Virus record (IMG/VR): IMGVR_UViG_3300043436_004120
Location: 64,001 to 100,412 of that record
Length of the DNA: 36,412 bases
Reading direction: 5' to 3' (one strand)
DNA from: a virus
Lineage: Duplodnaviria; Heunggongvirae; Uroviricota; Caudoviricetes
Shown: in pieces, positions 1 to 10,500 of the stretch
How positions within the stretch are numbered: position 1 is the first letter of the stretch
Layout: each line of letters opens with the position of its first letter
The notes under the pieces: generated by a model
Database searches by the model: none
Told to the model about the DNA's origin: nothing
The model's input: the letters and a program-made list of their open reading frames with translations, nothing else
Translations under genes and position numbers: made by a program

Positions 1-131
1 CTAACTTCTACTTTGTACTTTTGTATTTGTTTAGAGAAATACTTTTCTACTTCTTTAAGGTGTGCAAGAGTGGTACTCTTTTTTATGCTGCCAATGCGTT
101 CTTCAACAGCTTTTTTATTAAACATTTGCAT
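1..131 (-). CDS. 5' part of a hypothetical protein running off the left edge (MQMFNKKAVEERIGSIKKSTTLAHLKEVEKYF...)
   Basis: Manual translation is open from ATG 131 (or 125) to the window edge; a sigma70-like promoter lies upstream at 194-222. Confidence 0.55.
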   Translation of the reverse strand, partial: MQMFNKKAVEERIGSIKKSTTLAHLKEVEKYFSKQIQKYKVEV

Positions 132-193
132 TACAAAGTTTCTTTGGTAAAATTATAGTGGTAATTAAAATACAACAATTTGCATTTTGTTTT

Positions 194-222
194 ATTATAC
201 ACCATGTAATTGAGTTTATCAA
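194..222 (-). promoter_or_regulatory. sigma70-type promoter TTGATA-N17-TATAAT
   Basis: + strand ATTATA (194-199) and TATCAA (217-222), 17-nt spacer. Confidence 0.65.
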
Positions 223-239
223 GTATAAATTTAAACAAG

Positions 240-258
240 GGTAGGGCATAGCCCTACC
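240..258 (-). terminator. Intrinsic terminator after the Thr/Ser/Trp repeat gene
   Basis: GGTAGGGC-ATA-GCCCTACC hairpin just past the stop at 266, T-rich downstream on the minus strand. Confidence 0.6.
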
Positions 259-265
259 TTTGTTA

Positions 266-2791
266 TTACTGATAAAAATTGGTAACTCTGTTAGTATTCC
301 AACTAGTTGTTGTGCTTCTAGTAGTACTCCACGTAGTAGAAGTCATTATACTAGTTGTCCAATTTGTGGTCCACGTAGTATTCCAAGTCGTAGTAGTATT
401 AGTACTTTGGTTAGTATTGATACTTGTAATCCAGCTTGTTGACCAAGTAGTTGTAGTTGATTTACTGGTTACTGCACTAGTACTCCAGGTTGTTGTCCAG
501 GTTGTTGTCCAGGCAGTGCTTGTGCTACGAGTAGTACTCCAACTAGTAGTCCACGCGGTACTAGTTGCTATGCTAGTAGTTACGCTTGTATTTTGAGAGG
601 TACTCCATGAAGTAGTTGTTGACTGAGTAGTGTTCCAACTTGTAGTCCATGAAGTAGTCCACGCAGTAGTCCAGCTTGTGGTAGTTGACTGACTAGTACT
701 TATACTTGTATTCCACGAAGTTGTCGTTGAATTAGTAGTATTCCACGAAGTGCTCCAAGTAGTGTTGGTTGACTGACTTGTACTCTGGTTAGTGGTCTGA
801 CTAGTACTACGGTTTGTTGACCAGCTTGTAGTCCAGGTAGTATTAGTAGCTTGACTTGTTGACCAGGTAGTAGTAGTTGACTGCGTAGTTGACTGACTTG
901 TTGTCCACGACGTAGTCCACGACGTAGTCCACGACGTAGTCCATGCAGTGCTAGTGCTAATAACAGTTGACTGACTTGTAGTCCAGGTAGTGTTAGTAGC
1001 TTGACTTGTTGACTGGCTTGTTGACTGACTAGTACTACGGTTTGTTGACCATGAAGTAGTCCATGTAGTATTAGTTGACTGAGTAGTTGACTGACTTGTT
1101 GTCCAAGTGGTAGTCCACGACGTAGTCCACGACGTAGTCCAAGCTGTTGTTGTACTCGCAGTTGTTGACCATGAGGTAGTCCAAGTAGTGTTAGTGGCTT
1201 GACTTGTTGACTGGCTTGTTGACTGACTAGTACTACGGTTTGTTGACCATGAAGTAGTCCAAGTAGTAGTAGTTGACTGACTTGTATTCCAAGCTGTTGT
1301 TGTGCTACGAGTTGTTGACCATGAGGTAGTCCAAGTAGTGTTAGTAGCTTGACTTGTTGTTTGGTTTGTTGACTGACTAGTACTACGGTTTGTTGACCAT
1401 GAAGTAGTCCATGTAGTATTGGTTGACTGAGTAGTTGACTGACTTGTAGTCCACGTAGTAGTCCACGACGTAGTCCAACTTGTAGTCCAAGCTGTTGTTG
1501 TACTACGAGTTGTTGACCATGAGGTAGTCCAAGTAGTGTTGGTAGCCTGACTTGTTGTTTGGTTTGTTGACTGACTAGTACTACGATTTGTTGACCATGA
1601 AGTAGTCCATGTAGTATTAGTTGACTGAGTAGTTGACTGACTTGTGTTCCAAGAGGTAGTCCATGACGTAGTCCAAGTAGTAGCCCAAGCTGTTGTAGTA
1701 CTAACAACAGTTGACTGACTTGTAGTCCAGGTAGTATTTGTAGCTTGACTTGTAGTCCAAGTAGTATTGGTTGACTGAGTGGTTGACTGGCTTGTTGTCC
1801 AAGTAGTAGTCCACGAAGTAGTCCAAGTAGTAACCCAAGCTGTTGTAGTACTAACAACAGTTGACTGACTTGTAGTCCAAGTAGTGTTAGTAGCTTGACT
1901 AGTAGTTTGCGCTGTTGACTGACTAGTACTAATGCTTGTTGACCATGTAGTAGTCCAGGTAGTATTAGTTGACTGAGTAGTTGACTGACTTGTTGTCCAC
2001 GATGTAGTCCATGACGTAGTCCAGTCAGTAGTCCACGCGGTAACGGTTGACTGAGTAGTATTCCACGCAGTAGTCCAAGTAGTATTAGTAGCTTGGCTTG
2101 TGGTTTGGGCTGTAGTCTGGGTTGTACTAAAGTTTGTTGACCACGAAGTAGTCCAAGTAGTGTTAGTAGCTTGACTTGTTGACCACGCGGTAGTAGTTGA
2201 TTGTGTAGTCGATTGACTTGTTGTCCACGATGTAGTCCATGCAGTAGTCCATGTAGTAGCCCAACTTGTACTAGTACTAATAACTGTTGATTGACTTGTA
2301 GTCCAAGTGGTATTAGTAGCTTGGCTTGTAGTCCAAGTAGTAGTCCACGATGTAGTAGTAGACTGTTGTGTTGATATACTTGTGGTTTGACTAGTGCTAA
2401 CTGAAGTGGCGAATACTGTGTTTGTTGACTGGCTTGTGTTCCACGACGTAGTCCAAGACGTAGTCCATGCAGTATTAGTTGACTGACTAGTTGATTGACT
2501 AGTAGTCCACGATGTATTAGTGCTTTGACTGGTGCTTTGCGTGGTACTATTAGTAGTATTCCATGCGGTAGTCCAGGTAGTGTTGGTAGAATAACTTGTG
2601 GCTTGACTAGTATTCCATGCAGTAGTCCACGACGTGTTTGTTGAGGTACTAGTGTTTGTTGAATTAACTGTTGAGCCTGAGGTATTCCAAGAAGTAGCCG
2701 TAGATCTATCAGTATTCCAAGTAGTAGCTGTTGACGCACTAGTAACTACACTGGTACTCCACTGATAAATGCTGAAAAATCCTATGCTCAT
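266..2791 (-). CDS. Thr/Ser/Trp-rich low-complexity repeat protein (841 aa), probable virion fibre/appendage component
   Basis: 4- and 6-residue units (TTSW, STSQ, STNTTW) with almost no charged residues; start overlaps the stop of the upstream fibre gene; terminator follows. Confidence 0.8.
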   Translation of the reverse strand: MSIGFFSIYQWSTSVVTSASTATTWNTDRSTATSWNTSGSTVNSTNTSTSTNTSWTTAWNTSQATSYSTNTTWTTAWNTTNSTTQSTSQSTNTSWTTSQSTSQSTNTAWTTSWTTSWNTSQSTNTVFATSVSTSQTTSISTQQSTTTSWTTTWTTSQATNTTWTTSQSTVISTSTSWATTWTTAWTTSWTTSQSTTQSTTTAWSTSQATNTTWTTSWSTNFSTTQTTAQTTSQATNTTWTTAWNTTQSTVTAWTTDWTTSWTTSWTTSQSTTQSTNTTWTTTWSTSISTSQSTAQTTSQATNTTWTTSQSTVVSTTTAWVTTWTTSWTTTWTTSQSTTQSTNTTWTTSQATNTTWTTSQSTVVSTTTAWATTWTTSWTTSWNTSQSTTQSTNTTWTTSWSTNRSTSQSTNQTTSQATNTTWTTSWSTTRSTTTAWTTSWTTSWTTTWTTSQSTTQSTNTTWTTSWSTNRSTSQSTNQTTSQATNTTWTTSWSTTRSTTTAWNTSQSTTTTWTTSWSTNRSTSQSTSQSTSQATNTTWTTSWSTTASTTTAWTTSWTTSWTTTWTTSQSTTQSTNTTWTTSWSTNRSTSQSTSQSTSQATNTTWTTSQSTVISTSTAWTTSWTTSWTTSWTTSQSTTQSTTTTWSTSQATNTTWTTSWSTNRSTSQTTNQSTSQSTNTTWSTSWNTTNSTTTSWNTSISTSQSTTTSWTTAWTTSWTTSWNTTQSTTTSWSTSQNTSVTTSIATSTAWTTSWSTTRSTSTAWTTTWTTTWSTSAVTSKSTTTTWSTSWITSINTNQSTNTTTTWNTTWTTNWTTSIMTSTTWSTTRSTTTSWNTNRVTNFYQ
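809..2200. repeat. Intragenic 12-bp tandem repeats and 150-198 bp super-repeats
   Basis: GTCCACGACGTA tandem copies near 903-942; block GACTGACTAGTACTACG(G/A)TTTGTTGACC recurs at about 811, 1023, 1221, 1371 and 1569. Confidence 0.85.
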
Positions 2792-3255
2792 GCAAAGTTA
2801 CCAATATAGTTAATCAGTACATTATTAGCATCTACTACATAATATGACAGCACTGATAAACTATTGGCGGACGTAACTTGTGCAATTGCTGCACCATTAA
2901 GTGGCGTTTTCATTTGCGTAGCTTTTGTAAAAGTTCTGCCACCAGTAGCATCTTGTTTGATAACTATAGTGCCAGAACTTCCAAGCTTTTTATCAATGTT
3001 TGTCAGGGAAAATGTAGTATTTGCAGCCAGTGTTACAACAAAGTCGTCGTGGGTTCCTAAATCTAATGTCGTGGTGGCGGTGCTTGCCGTTATTTCTGTG
3101 CGACTATATCCCTTGAAATGGGCAATTTCGTTGTTAGCTTTCTTAAAGTGCAGCTTACCATCTTGATAGTTTAAAGCTGCTTCACCAAATTCTAAATCGC
3201 CTGTAACAGGAACTTTACCAGCTACGGACGATTTTTTAAGTATAATTTTAGCCAT
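2788..3255 (-). CDS. Short tail-fibre adaptor protein with N-terminal fibre docking domain
   Basis: N-terminal IILKKSSVAGKVP...GEAALNYQDGKLHFK motif typical of phage fibre N-termini; C-terminal GTIVIKQDATGGRT beta domain common in fibre proteins. Confidence 0.7.
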   Translation of the reverse strand: MAKIILKKSSVAGKVPVTGDLEFGEAALNYQDGKLHFKKANNEIAHFKGYSRTEITASTATTTLDLGTHDDFVVTLAANTTFSLTNIDKKLGSSGTIVIKQDATGGRTFTKATQMKTPLNGAAIAQVTSANSLSVLSYYVVDANNVLINYIGNFA

Positions 3256-3277
3256 TTTATTGCCCTAAAAAGGATTG

Positions 3278-3297
3278 GGGTTAGTATAGACTAACCC
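3278..3297 (-). terminator. Hairpin between fibre genes, possible weak terminator
   Basis: GGGTTAGT-ATAG-ACTAACCC stem-loop. Confidence 0.4.
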
Positions 3298-3305
3298 ATG
3301 AGTTA

Positions 3306-5189
3306 TTAATAAGTTCCGCCGTCTATTTGAATTATACTTACCAGACCACTGGTAACTGAGAACTCAGTAGAATCAAAGCTAGCTAGACCATTTACACTAG
3401 TAGTGGCGGTTGGGATTGCGGTGCTGCCAGCGGCAGTAATCAAACCTTTGGCATTAACTGTAAAGTTTGGTACGGCTGTGCCGCTTCCAAAACTTCCGGT
3501 ATTTGCATTAACTGTAGCCAGGGTAAGTGCTGCTGATACGGCTGCGCTGCCGTCAAAACTCACTGTCCAAGCAGCGTCACCACTAGCAGTAATACTACGA
3601 GCTGTTTGTAGTGTGGTAGCTGTTGAGGCGTTACCAGTTAGTGCACCCGTAAAGGTTGTGGCTGCAACTGAGGTTAGGCCTGCTAAGGTAGTAGAACTAG
3701 CACCTAGCGCAATTGCTGTTGAACCAATTGTTACACTGCTATTTGCTAGCTTGTTGTTAGCAATGCTTCCAGCTAACATTGTGTTAGTAACTGTAGCACT
3801 ATCACCACTTGTAATAACTGTACCAGTTGTTGCTGGTAGTGTTAATACTGTGCCTGTACCTGCAACAACAGCTGGAACAATCTGCACACTTCCCGATGTA
3901 GCACCTGGTAGGGTTACGCTACTAATACCAGTTAGTGCTAAGTTACCGCTGGCGCGGTTTAGGGCAACTGACGTAGTACCAATAAAGTGAGCATCAGCGC
4001 GTCTGGCAATAGTTGCGTCTGCTGCAATTGTTACTGCTGAACTGCCATTATAGCTAGTACCGCTTAAACCGTCACCAATTGTTAGTGCATTGGTGACGGT
4101 TGAACTAATTGTAATATCTGCACTACCATCAAAACTTACGCCGTTGATTGTACGAGCTGTAGCAAGCGTAGTAGCTGTTGTGGCATTTCCCGACAGCGCA
4201 CCATAAACAGTGCCTACGGTTAAATCTTTGTTTAGGTTCCAGCGATCATTTGCGCTGGTATATGTAAATGTAGCAGGAGTTGTTGGACCTGCAACTGTTA
4301 AACCTGCGCCATTGGCAGCAGCTGCTGTGGTGGCATCTTTGGCTAAGGTAATATTAACGTCTGCAATGGCAACTGCTGTTGAGTTAATAGTAGTTGTTGT
4401 ACCTTGAACTAGTAGATCACCTGTAATAGTTGCATTACCAGCTATGCTAATGTTAGCAGCAGTAATGTCGTCACTAGTAAGAGTACCGTTAACTGTTACG
4501 CTGTTAAACGTTACGTTACTGGTTGTGCCAACTGCTTGACCGATTGCAAAGCTAACTTGGTTATCAGTAACTGTTGTAGTAACACCAGTTCCGCCTGCAA
4601 ATGTTAGTGTATCAGTACCCAGTGCAACACTATCAGTGCCAGTTCCACCAGCAATGTTTAATGACGTACTAATTGAGGCAGTGCTTACGGCTGTAACCAA
4701 ACCTTTTGCGTTAACAGTTACAACAGGAATTTGTGTTGCTGAGCCAAAACTTCCTACGTTAGTATTAACAGTGGCTAGTGTAATTGCTGCTGAAACCGCC
4801 GCACTACCATCTACTGAACTTAGTGTTGCTGTTGCGTCACCAGTTAGGCTTAAATCTCTGGCTGTAATCCATTTTGTTGCTGTGCTGGCATTACCAGTTA
4901 GTGCGGCGGTAATTGTACCTGCTGCAAAGTTGCCGCTGGCATCACGGCGAACCAGTGTTGAGGCTGTGTTTGAGGCAGTGGATGCTGTGATTTGGTCAGT
5001 AAAAAACTTACCGCCAATAACCACACGATTAACTGCATTACCTGCAGTTTCTGTGCCCATACCAATATAAAGTCTATCGCCTCCGTTAGACCCATTGTCT
5101 GCTAAACCAGAGTATGCTAATTCGCCTGCACCTAATACTGCAGGGTTACCACTTACTTCTGATCTTTTAATTTTAATAACTGCTGTCAT
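3306..5189 (-). CDS. Tail fibre protein (627 aa)
   Basis: N-terminal IKIKRS...GELAY docking motif; G/T/A/S-rich repeats (GNASTAT..L.TAR.I); internally duplicated ~75-aa module (...TVNAKGL.TA); C-terminal IDGGTY. Confidence 0.8.
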   Translation of the reverse strand: MTAVIKIKRSEVSGNPAVLGAGELAYSGLADNGSNGGDRLYIGMGTETAGNAVNRVVIGGKFFTDQITASTASNTASTLVRRDASGNFAAGTITAALTGNASTATKWITARDLSLTGDATATLSSVDGSAAVSAAITLATVNTNVGSFGSATQIPVVTVNAKGLVTAVSTASISTSLNIAGGTGTDSVALGTDTLTFAGGTGVTTTVTDNQVSFAIGQAVGTTSNVTFNSVTVNGTLTSDDITAANISIAGNATITGDLLVQGTTTTINSTAVAIADVNITLAKDATTAAAANGAGLTVAGPTTPATFTYTSANDRWNLNKDLTVGTVYGALSGNATTATTLATARTINGVSFDGSADITISSTVTNALTIGDGLSGTSYNGSSAVTIAADATIARRADAHFIGTTSVALNRASGNLALTGISSVTLPGATSGSVQIVPAVVAGTGTVLTLPATTGTVITSGDSATVTNTMLAGSIANNKLANSSVTIGSTAIALGASSTTLAGLTSVAATTFTGALTGNASTATTLQTARSITASGDAAWTVSFDGSAAVSAALTLATVNANTGSFGSGTAVPNFTVNAKGLITAAGSTAIPTATTSVNGLASFDSTEFSVTSGLVSIIQIDGGTY

Positions 5190-5200
5190 TATTGTTTCCT

Positions 5201-5437
5201 TTAAAATTGACCAGCTTCAAGTGTCTGGTTGTCTAACGTGGTAGTTGCCTTCCACTTGGTGGCTGCTGTGGAGTACACAAGCAGCGAGCCATTTTGTAAA
5301 TTTGAGATGTCAACATCAGGCACCTGAGCAAGTGATATAACAGTACCTGGTGGACCCATTAAACCGGTAACAACAGTTACTGAAGTATCCTTATCAACTA
5401 CAACCGTTTCTGTTTGACTTATGGTTACTTGTTCCAT
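5201..5437 (-). CDS. Small virion structural/fibre linker protein
   Basis: GPPG and L..V.DVDIS.LQNGSLLVY motifs seen in fibre proteins; C-terminal LEAGQF; start overlaps the upstream stop. Confidence 0.6.
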   Translation of the reverse strand: MEQVTISQTETVVVDKDTSVTVVTGLMGPPGTVISLAQVPDVDISNLQNGSLLVYSTAATKWKATTTLDNQTLEAGQF

Positions 5438-6021
5438 TACCTTGTTACCTCACGCTGTAGTGTTAGTGTGCCGGACGCAAAAGGTATAACTTCACCACCT
5501 AGCATTAACTCTAAATCATACACAGCAGAAGCAAAGCTAAATAGTGCGGTAACTTCGTCTGGTATAGTTAAGGTAATTGTTTTTACATTGTTATCAAGCA
5601 CAATGCCTGAATTTTCAGTGGTTAGTGTGTGAACTACCACATTAGAAGCTAGCTTTTCACGAATTTGCATGCGTGCGGTATATCCAGCTAAATTAACTGG
5701 CGTGTTGTACTCTAGTACTCCACCACCTGTATAAGCTGTATAAGCCAGTGAGTTTATTTGGTTGAAAACTACCGTGCTGCCGGTAACTTCTGTTGCGGTT
5801 TGATAGTCTAGTTGATTAATTTCTTTCATACCACCAGCATTGGTTACTCGGGCGCGCCAGCCTAGTGGTAGATTATGGCCAGGTGCGGTTATTACCACAG
5901 GTGCGCTTCGGGTAATATTTGTAATTGGAACATATACTTTTGTAGACGATTCCCAACGCAATACTTGACGAAATGTGCTGCCTTGATAAACTTTTAAGTT
6001 TAATTTAATTGGTGCTGCCAT
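5437..6021 (-). CDS. Fibre collar/anchor protein (T5 p132/LtfC-like) with inserted FCCH-like beta module
   Basis: LNLKVYQGSTF...VNLAGYTARMQIR...TITLTIP...AVYDLEL pattern; insert ITNITRSAPVVITAPGHNL. Confidence 0.6.
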   Translation of the reverse strand: MAAPIKLNLKVYQGSTFRQVLRWESSTKVYVPITNITRSAPVVITAPGHNLPLGWRARVTNAGGMKEINQLDYQTATEVTGSTVVFNQINSLAYTAYTGGGVLEYNTPVNLAGYTARMQIREKLASNVVVHTLTTENSGIVLDNNVKTITLTIPDEVTALFSFASAVYDLELMLGGEVIPFASGTLTLQREVTR

Positions 6022-6358
6022 TGGGATCTCCTTTATGTAGCACAGATTGCAGTCGAGCTACTTCTCGGGTTAGGGCTACGACCTCGGATTGCAAACGTTG
6101 ATTTTCAATAGTTAGTTTTTGTAATTGTTGATTTAGGGTAATTACTTGGGCATTTAACCGGCCTAGTTCCACACTAAGCTGAGTATTCTGCTCACTCATG
6201 CGATCTAGTTCGGTATGCATTAAAGTAATAATAGAAGTCTCCGCGTTTGTAGACTTCCAGTCTTTAAGAAGTTTTTGGACACCTACAAAGACTACAATAA
6301 CTGCCAAAGCTACCATACCAAGGACTTGAATTACACTATCTGGGTTTATTTCTAACAT
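6005..6358 (-). CDS. Membrane-anchored coiled-coil protein (holin-like candidate)
   Basis: One N-terminal hydrophobic helix (VLGMVALAVIVVFVGV) followed by a long heptad coiled coil; function not established. Confidence 0.5.
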   Translation of the reverse strand: MLEINPDSVIQVLGMVALAVIVVFVGVQKLLKDWKSTNAETSIITLMHTELDRMSEQNTQLSVELGRLNAQVITLNQQLQKLTIENQRLQSEVVALTREVARLQSVLHKGDPNGSTN

Positions 6359-6483
6359 TTAATAAGTCCTCTCATTATTAGCAGGGTACTAGTTGGATAT
6401 TTAATGGTTTCGGGAATTTGTGAGATTTCTACGGCTTAGGGTGTTAACCGAAAAAACACGAATACCTATAAATAATTTGTACT

Positions 6484-6512
6484 ATTATATCATAATAGCA
6501 TAATGCTGTCAA
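6484..6512 (-). promoter_or_regulatory. sigma70 promoter TTGACA-N17-TATAAT for the side-fibre operon
   Basis: + strand ATTATA...TGTCAA with 17-nt spacer, immediately after a terminator. Confidence 0.75.
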
Positions 6513-6518
6513 TGCAAA

Positions 6519-6551
6519 AAAATACCCAGGGTGTTTAGTCCTGGGTATTTT
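6519..6551 (-). terminator. Intrinsic terminator
   Basis: AAAATACCCAGG-N9-CCTGGGTATTTT, 12-bp stem with T tract. Confidence 0.8.
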
Positions 6552-6555
6552 AAAT

Positions 6556-7584
6556 TTAAGATAAAATCTGCTTGTTAACTTGTTTTAATGCATCTAATTC
6601 TAACTTAAGTTCTTTGATAGCTTCAACCAACAAACCTACCATGTTTCCATAAGCAACAGTTAGTGTTTTTTGTTCGTTGTTTAAAGCTATAACGGCTTCG
6701 GGCAATACTTTTTGAACTTCTTGAGCTATTAAGCCTGTTTGACGAGCAGAAGTAATATCTGTTCTGTCGTAGGTAATTCCATTTAAAGTTAATACCTTGT
6801 CCAAAGCAGAACTTATTTTTGAAATATTAGTTTTAATTCTAATATCCGAAGGTGCAGTTGAGGTACCATAAGCAGTTATGTTTCCAACCATTAAAAGGTT
6901 GCCACCATCACCAATAGAGCCACTAAACACGCCATTATTTGTAAAATTAATAAAACCATCAGCAGTCCAGTAGAATCCTGTATTTACATCAGTGTCTCCA
7001 CTAAAAGCTATAGCTGGTGCTGCGGCAGTGCCATTTGAAACTCTTATTTGATTTGAGAAAGTTTTAACCCCAGCAATACTTTGATCACTAGTAGTGTATA
7101 CACCATTGGTTACTGTGGCTGCATTAATTGCCCAACTTCCACTAGCACCAGCACCTGTAGTACTAGGAGCACCTACTGTGTTATAGCTAATAGTAACGGC
7201 GGCACTTCCGTTAAAAGTGCTGCCACTGGCTACGCCAGATCCAGTGTTGTTTATGGTTAAACTGTTAGAAATACCAACAGTAATATTCTGAGTACCATCA
7301 AAAGCCACTCCATTGATGTTTCGAGCATTGGTTAATTTGGTAGCTGTGGCTGCGTTGCCACCTATGCTAATAGCATAAGTGGTGCTTAAATCACCCCAGG
7401 CGCTTCCAGACCATTTTTCCCACTTATTAGTAGAAGCCACCCAACGAATAGTACCTGTGGCTTGATTAGTAACGGTTGTAAGAGCTGGATCAAAGCCTAT
7501 AGATATGTCATCCATACGCGCATCCATTTCTTGTACAAAATTGGCGTATGTACTTGTTAAAGTTGGTAAATTATGATTTGCCAT
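6556..7584 (-). CDS. Tail fibre/spike with C-terminal intramolecular chaperone (peptidase S74)
   Basis: SDIRIKTNI...GLIAQEVQKVLPEAV...YGNMVGLLVEAIKEL chaperone signature. Confidence 0.88.
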   Translation of the reverse strand: MANHNLPTLTSTYANFVQEMDARMDDISIGFDPALTTVTNQATGTIRWVASTNKWEKWSGSAWGDLSTTYAISIGGNAATATKLTNARNINGVAFDGTQNITVGISNSLTINNTGSGVASGSTFNGSAAVTISYNTVGAPSTTGAGASGSWAINAATVTNGVYTTSDQSIAGVKTFSNQIRVSNGTAAAPAIAFSGDTDVNTGFYWTADGFINFTNNGVFSGSIGDGGNLLMVGNITAYGTSTAPSDIRIKTNISKISSALDKVLTLNGITYDRTDITSARQTGLIAQEVQKVLPEAVIALNNEQKTLTVAYGNMVGLLVEAIKELKLELDALKQVNKQILS

Positions 7585-7586
7585 TT

Positions 7587-10500
7587 TTAATAGCCCTTAA
7601 TTTGATAAGACGTAGTAGACGCAACGGCGGCCCCCGTATTAGAAGTAAAACTGTATATGATCATACTGTTTGGATAAGTACTTACATTACCGCTAGTGTT
7701 TGAGGTAACCATACTAACTGTATATGAGTTTACGCTTATAACGGTTTGTATGATATATAACCCTGAAATACCAGTACCAGTTGTAAAGTACAACCTAACT
7801 TTTTGCCCTGCAACTAATCCGTGATTGGTTGCAGTTATAGTTGCCGTATTAGATGTAACACTATAAGTTCCAGTAATAACTGTGTCTTTAAAATCATACA
7901 CAGAAATTATAGAAGCAGTACTGGTACCAGCTGGAGTAAGAATAATTGATTGTACATCAATAAATTCTGAGTCAAAGTTAACTATTTTTCCGGCTTCTGG
8001 TACTGTTACATAGTTGGCTTCTGATTTCTGCTTAGAGTCTAAACGTATACGAAGATCGCTTATTTTTCGTATACTGCCTAAACTATTTTGAGATACTTCT
8101 ATACGGACTTTGATAAATCTAAAGTTGGTTGCAAATGCGTTACGTGCAGGTATTATACTATATGTAATACCGTCAGTACTAATAGACATAGTAGTAACAC
8201 TTGTTGTGCTACCAGCTACGTCTGTTTCTACGCTATTTAGTGTTATTTGGCTACTAGCTAGTATAGTTCCACAATCAAAAATTTCTTCGTAAAAACCACT
8301 AGAAGTTCCTGGCTGTATAAATATTGGATATCCAGCAGCGACTTGTGCACTAGGCCCTGCCCAACTGCGGGAAGTAAAGTGTGTAGTCCAAGTTTCTGTT
8401 GTATTTACTGGTAAAAATAATTCGCCTGCATAAGATTTAGCATTTGATAGTGTTCCAGTTAGTGGGGATATAAACTCAGCAATAAACTTAAAATCCGGTG
8501 GTTGCGAAACCGTAGCAGGTATCTCTACTGGAGTAGATTCTACACCATCAGTATCTACTGCTGCTAACCAATAAACATAGTCTCCGCCACTTAACTCGCT
8601 TATACTAGTAAATTCTCCACTTTTAGTTCCCAGTACAGTTGCGGTTGCCCACGTACCTGTTGGAGAACTTCTTTTAAGTAATACGTGAGCGATTGGTAAA
8701 CTAGTTTTTGCTCCATTTATCCAATATAACAGTACATTATTGTCAATTATTTGAGCTCTATAATTAGTAACTGGATTAGGGGCTAGTTTAGTAATATTTC
8801 CAGTATATCCACTAGATTTATTTCCTAATATATCTACGGTTTTAACTGTAAATGCCCTATTACCTACCCAGTCTGCTGGTAATGTAATAGTATTGGACTT
8901 AACATTATTTGTTATAGTTTCTAATCCAGAAACATATGTAACTTCATAATATTCTACAGCAAATTGTGTAGGTACTACATCTAACCAACTTAAAATAACT
9001 GTGGCATTAGTTAAAGAAGTATCAAAGTAAGAGTGTTCTAAATTAGTTATATTAGGTACAGCGGATAGCGTGAAAGTAGCGCTACTTGCTAGTACACTAT
9101 AGTTGCCGGAACTGTCTACTGCTTTAATATAATATATTGTTGAAGTATTGCCTGGATACTCTACAAACGTATTTATACTATCGCCTAGAAACAGTCTATT
9201 AGAGTTTGCAAAACTCCACTCACTATTTGCCTTGCGAACTTCATAGGTATAAGTATCTGCTTCAAGATTTGCGTTCCAAGATAGTTTTAACTGACCACTT
9301 GCCTTGTCTGGTACTACAGTAAATCCTGTAACTTGAGCTGGTGGATTGTTTTTTCCAACTACCATATGGTTAGAATAAGCAGTCCATTTACCTGTAGTGC
9401 CAGTACTACTAACATAACGTAAACGTACTCTATACGTTTGCCCTTCTAGTACATCTGGTAAATTAACTGAACCGTTCTGAACAGGCGCTAGAACAGTTTT
9501 TGCACCTACTACTGTTGTTGAATTACTTAACTCATATTCTGCTAGTACATGGGACGTAGTACTTGGTAAGTCGGCACTATTAGTATATGCAACATTAATA
9601 TTATATTTAAATACACCTTTAGACACGTATTCCATTACGGATTCATCACTTACAAACTTTGTTATAGTTGGAATCTTATTTCCAAACGTATTAGACTGTA
9701 ATGTTTGTGGTAAAGATATTTGAGACTCAAATACAGTACTGGCTGTTAGGCTTAAGTAATCTGTAAATATATTGTAGGCTGGTGTTACGCCAGTTGATGT
9801 TACTCCATAATCTACTAAAGTAAGTCTAGCCGTATTATTAGTAGAAGGCTCTATACTCAACACAATTAAGTCTTGCGACTCTTTATTTACTTCCCCAAAT
9901 AAAAATAAGTCACTATTATCAGCTTCAGCTGTAGTTACAGAAGATGTAAGCGTTATAGTACTGTAATACCCATCCTGAAGTACTGTTACCACTTGTCTAG
10001 CTACTGATCCACCTGTTTTGCTTCTAAAACGTACTGTGTAGGTAATACCAGGTTTCATTGGCACTGCTTCATCTAACTCTAATTGAGTAGAAGATATGCG
10101 ATTTTTAACTCTACCACTAGCTAATCCCCACATTGGTACATCATGCATAACTTTTACACGATCACCACGATTACAAACCAAATACTCCAAATCGGTATTT
10201 AGCACGTAAACTTCTGGACGTAATTTCATTTGTGCCATATGCCAGCGCGCATGGTCTATTACCAACGATTTTTTAGTTACTCCAGGTAGTGTAATGCTTT
10301 CAAATAGTGTGGCATTATTAGTACCTTTGCCAATATCATAAACAATAATTTCTGCTTCTTGATAGTCTTGATCTTGGTCGTAGTAAGTAACGCGTAACCC
10401 ATCTGGACGCTTCGGCAACCCTTTGTTACCCTCAAAACCCCAACTATTATGAGGGGTAAAGTGTTGTACTATGTTTGAGCGTGGTTCGTCAATAATTACT

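Noticed and set aside
700-2739. 679-aa L/Q/V/G-rich ORF in a second minus-strand frame
   Set aside because: Shadow of the repeat gene. Repeated Thr/Ser/Trp codons lack stops in this frame, there is no RBS, and the 266..2791 frame is coupled to the upstream gene
2788-5189. Diversity-generating retroelement suggested by Mtd-like fibre N-termini
   Set aside because: No reverse transcriptase and no template/variable repeat pair with adenine-specific mismatches seen in the window
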